Positions 63,401 to 64,000 of a stretch of 64,000 nucleotides of DNA are shown one piece after another. A program made the position numbers and the translations under genes. The DNA is from a virus. Lineage: Duplodnaviria > Caudoviricetes. Under the pieces are notes generated by a model. It searched no databases and had not been told where the DNA came from. It was given only the letters and a program-made list of their open reading frames with translations. Position 1 is the first letter of the stretch, and each line of letters begins with the position of its first letter. The stretch spans positions 19,572 to 83,571 of the IMG/VR virus record IMGVR_UViG_3300005805_000065; one strand, written 5' to 3'.

Positions 63401-63739
63401 ATGGCTAATTTAACACCTAAGAGTTTTTATGTTGGATCAAATGTTGGAGCTGGCTCTAATGTTTATACTGTTGCAAATACGGTTGGAAACTATTCAATAA
63501 TTAAAAACATTAATTTGTGCAATACAACTGCAACAAATGCTGTATGTAGCATTCATCTTCTTGTTGATGGAGCAGTCGTTGCCAATTCTAACAAAATTGT
63601 AAGCAATGTAAATGTTTTGGCAAATAATGTTGTTTTCTACAATACATCCATAGTCGTGCCTGCTAATAGTAGCATTCATGTTACGCAAGTGACAGCCAAT
63701 GCCATTTCATTTACAATTAGCGGTGTCGAATATGCCTGA
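63401..63739 (+). CDS. virion structural protein
   Basis: YTV...IIKNINLCNTT...ISGVE. Confidence 0.65.
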   Translation: MANLTPKSFYVGSNVGAGSNVYTVANTVGNYSIIKNINLCNTTATNAVCSIHLLVDGAVVANSNKIVSNVNVLANNVVFYNTSIVVPANSSIHVTQVTANAISFTISGVEYA

Positions 63740-64000
63740 TCTTAATCGCTCACTACTTTCTGAAGCAGAGAATGCCGATACACTCGGCGGTTTAACTGAT
63801 GTTACATTAACTGCTCCAGCAGAGTTTGAAAGTCTTGTTTACAATGGCACTGCATGGATAAACCAACATGTTCCAGTTTCTTCTCTAGTACAAAATGCTG
63901 AAGCAAACACTCTAACAACAGGAACGGTTGTTTATCTTTTTGGCGGGACCGGAGATCATGCCTCTGTTAAAAGAGCAGATTATACATCAGATGCTACATC
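63732..64000 (+). CDS. tail fibre-like protein, 3'-truncated
   Basis: MPDLNRS...LTDVTLTAP...LVYNGTAWIN; open to window end. Confidence 0.6.
   Translation, partial: MPDLNRSLLSEAENADTLGGLTDVTLTAPAEFESLVYNGTAWINQHVPVSSLVQNAEANTLTTGTVVYLFGGTGDHASVKRADYTSDAT

Noticed and set aside
1-64000. Integrase, transposase, reverse transcriptase/DGR, toxin-antitoxin or rRNA genes
   Set aside because: No supporting motifs were seen in any ORF or intergenic region.

Overview
A 64-kb segment of a large, AT-rich tailed dsDNA phage genome, probably a siphovirus. Two WhiB-family genes point to an actinobacterial host. From left to right: (1) a replication/recombination module (DnaB, primase, SSB, DnaE, RecA, two resolvases, Cas4-like nuclease) interleaved with glycosyl/methyltransferases; (2) putative small and large terminase genes separated by four short repeats; (3) a ~22-kb plus-strand run of small accessory genes with tRNAs; (4) an ~850-bp non-coding convergence zone (40340-41200) holding three 18-bp tandem repeats, a perfect parS palindrome and nine helically phased A-tracts; (5) a GC-rich island (41150-45700) built from nine single-gene expression cassettes; (6) a minus-strand block with tRNAs, a SAM decarboxylase, a DUF1599/Nmad1-like gene and a 2OG oxygenase; (7) NrdJ, portal, protease, major capsid and the first virion genes. 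The island is the strongest candidate for an undescribed system. Each cassette has the same ~130-bp module: a GNRA-loop terminator, a covarying TANNC-loop hairpin, a dyad promoter with an invariant 20-bp -35/-10 spacer, then the gene. The hairpin loop sits 44-45 bp from the -35 box in all nine copies, and three additional gene-less modules carry the hairpin inverted. All calls come from manual motif reading; no database searches were run, and GC values are hand counts on sampled 60-nt lines.
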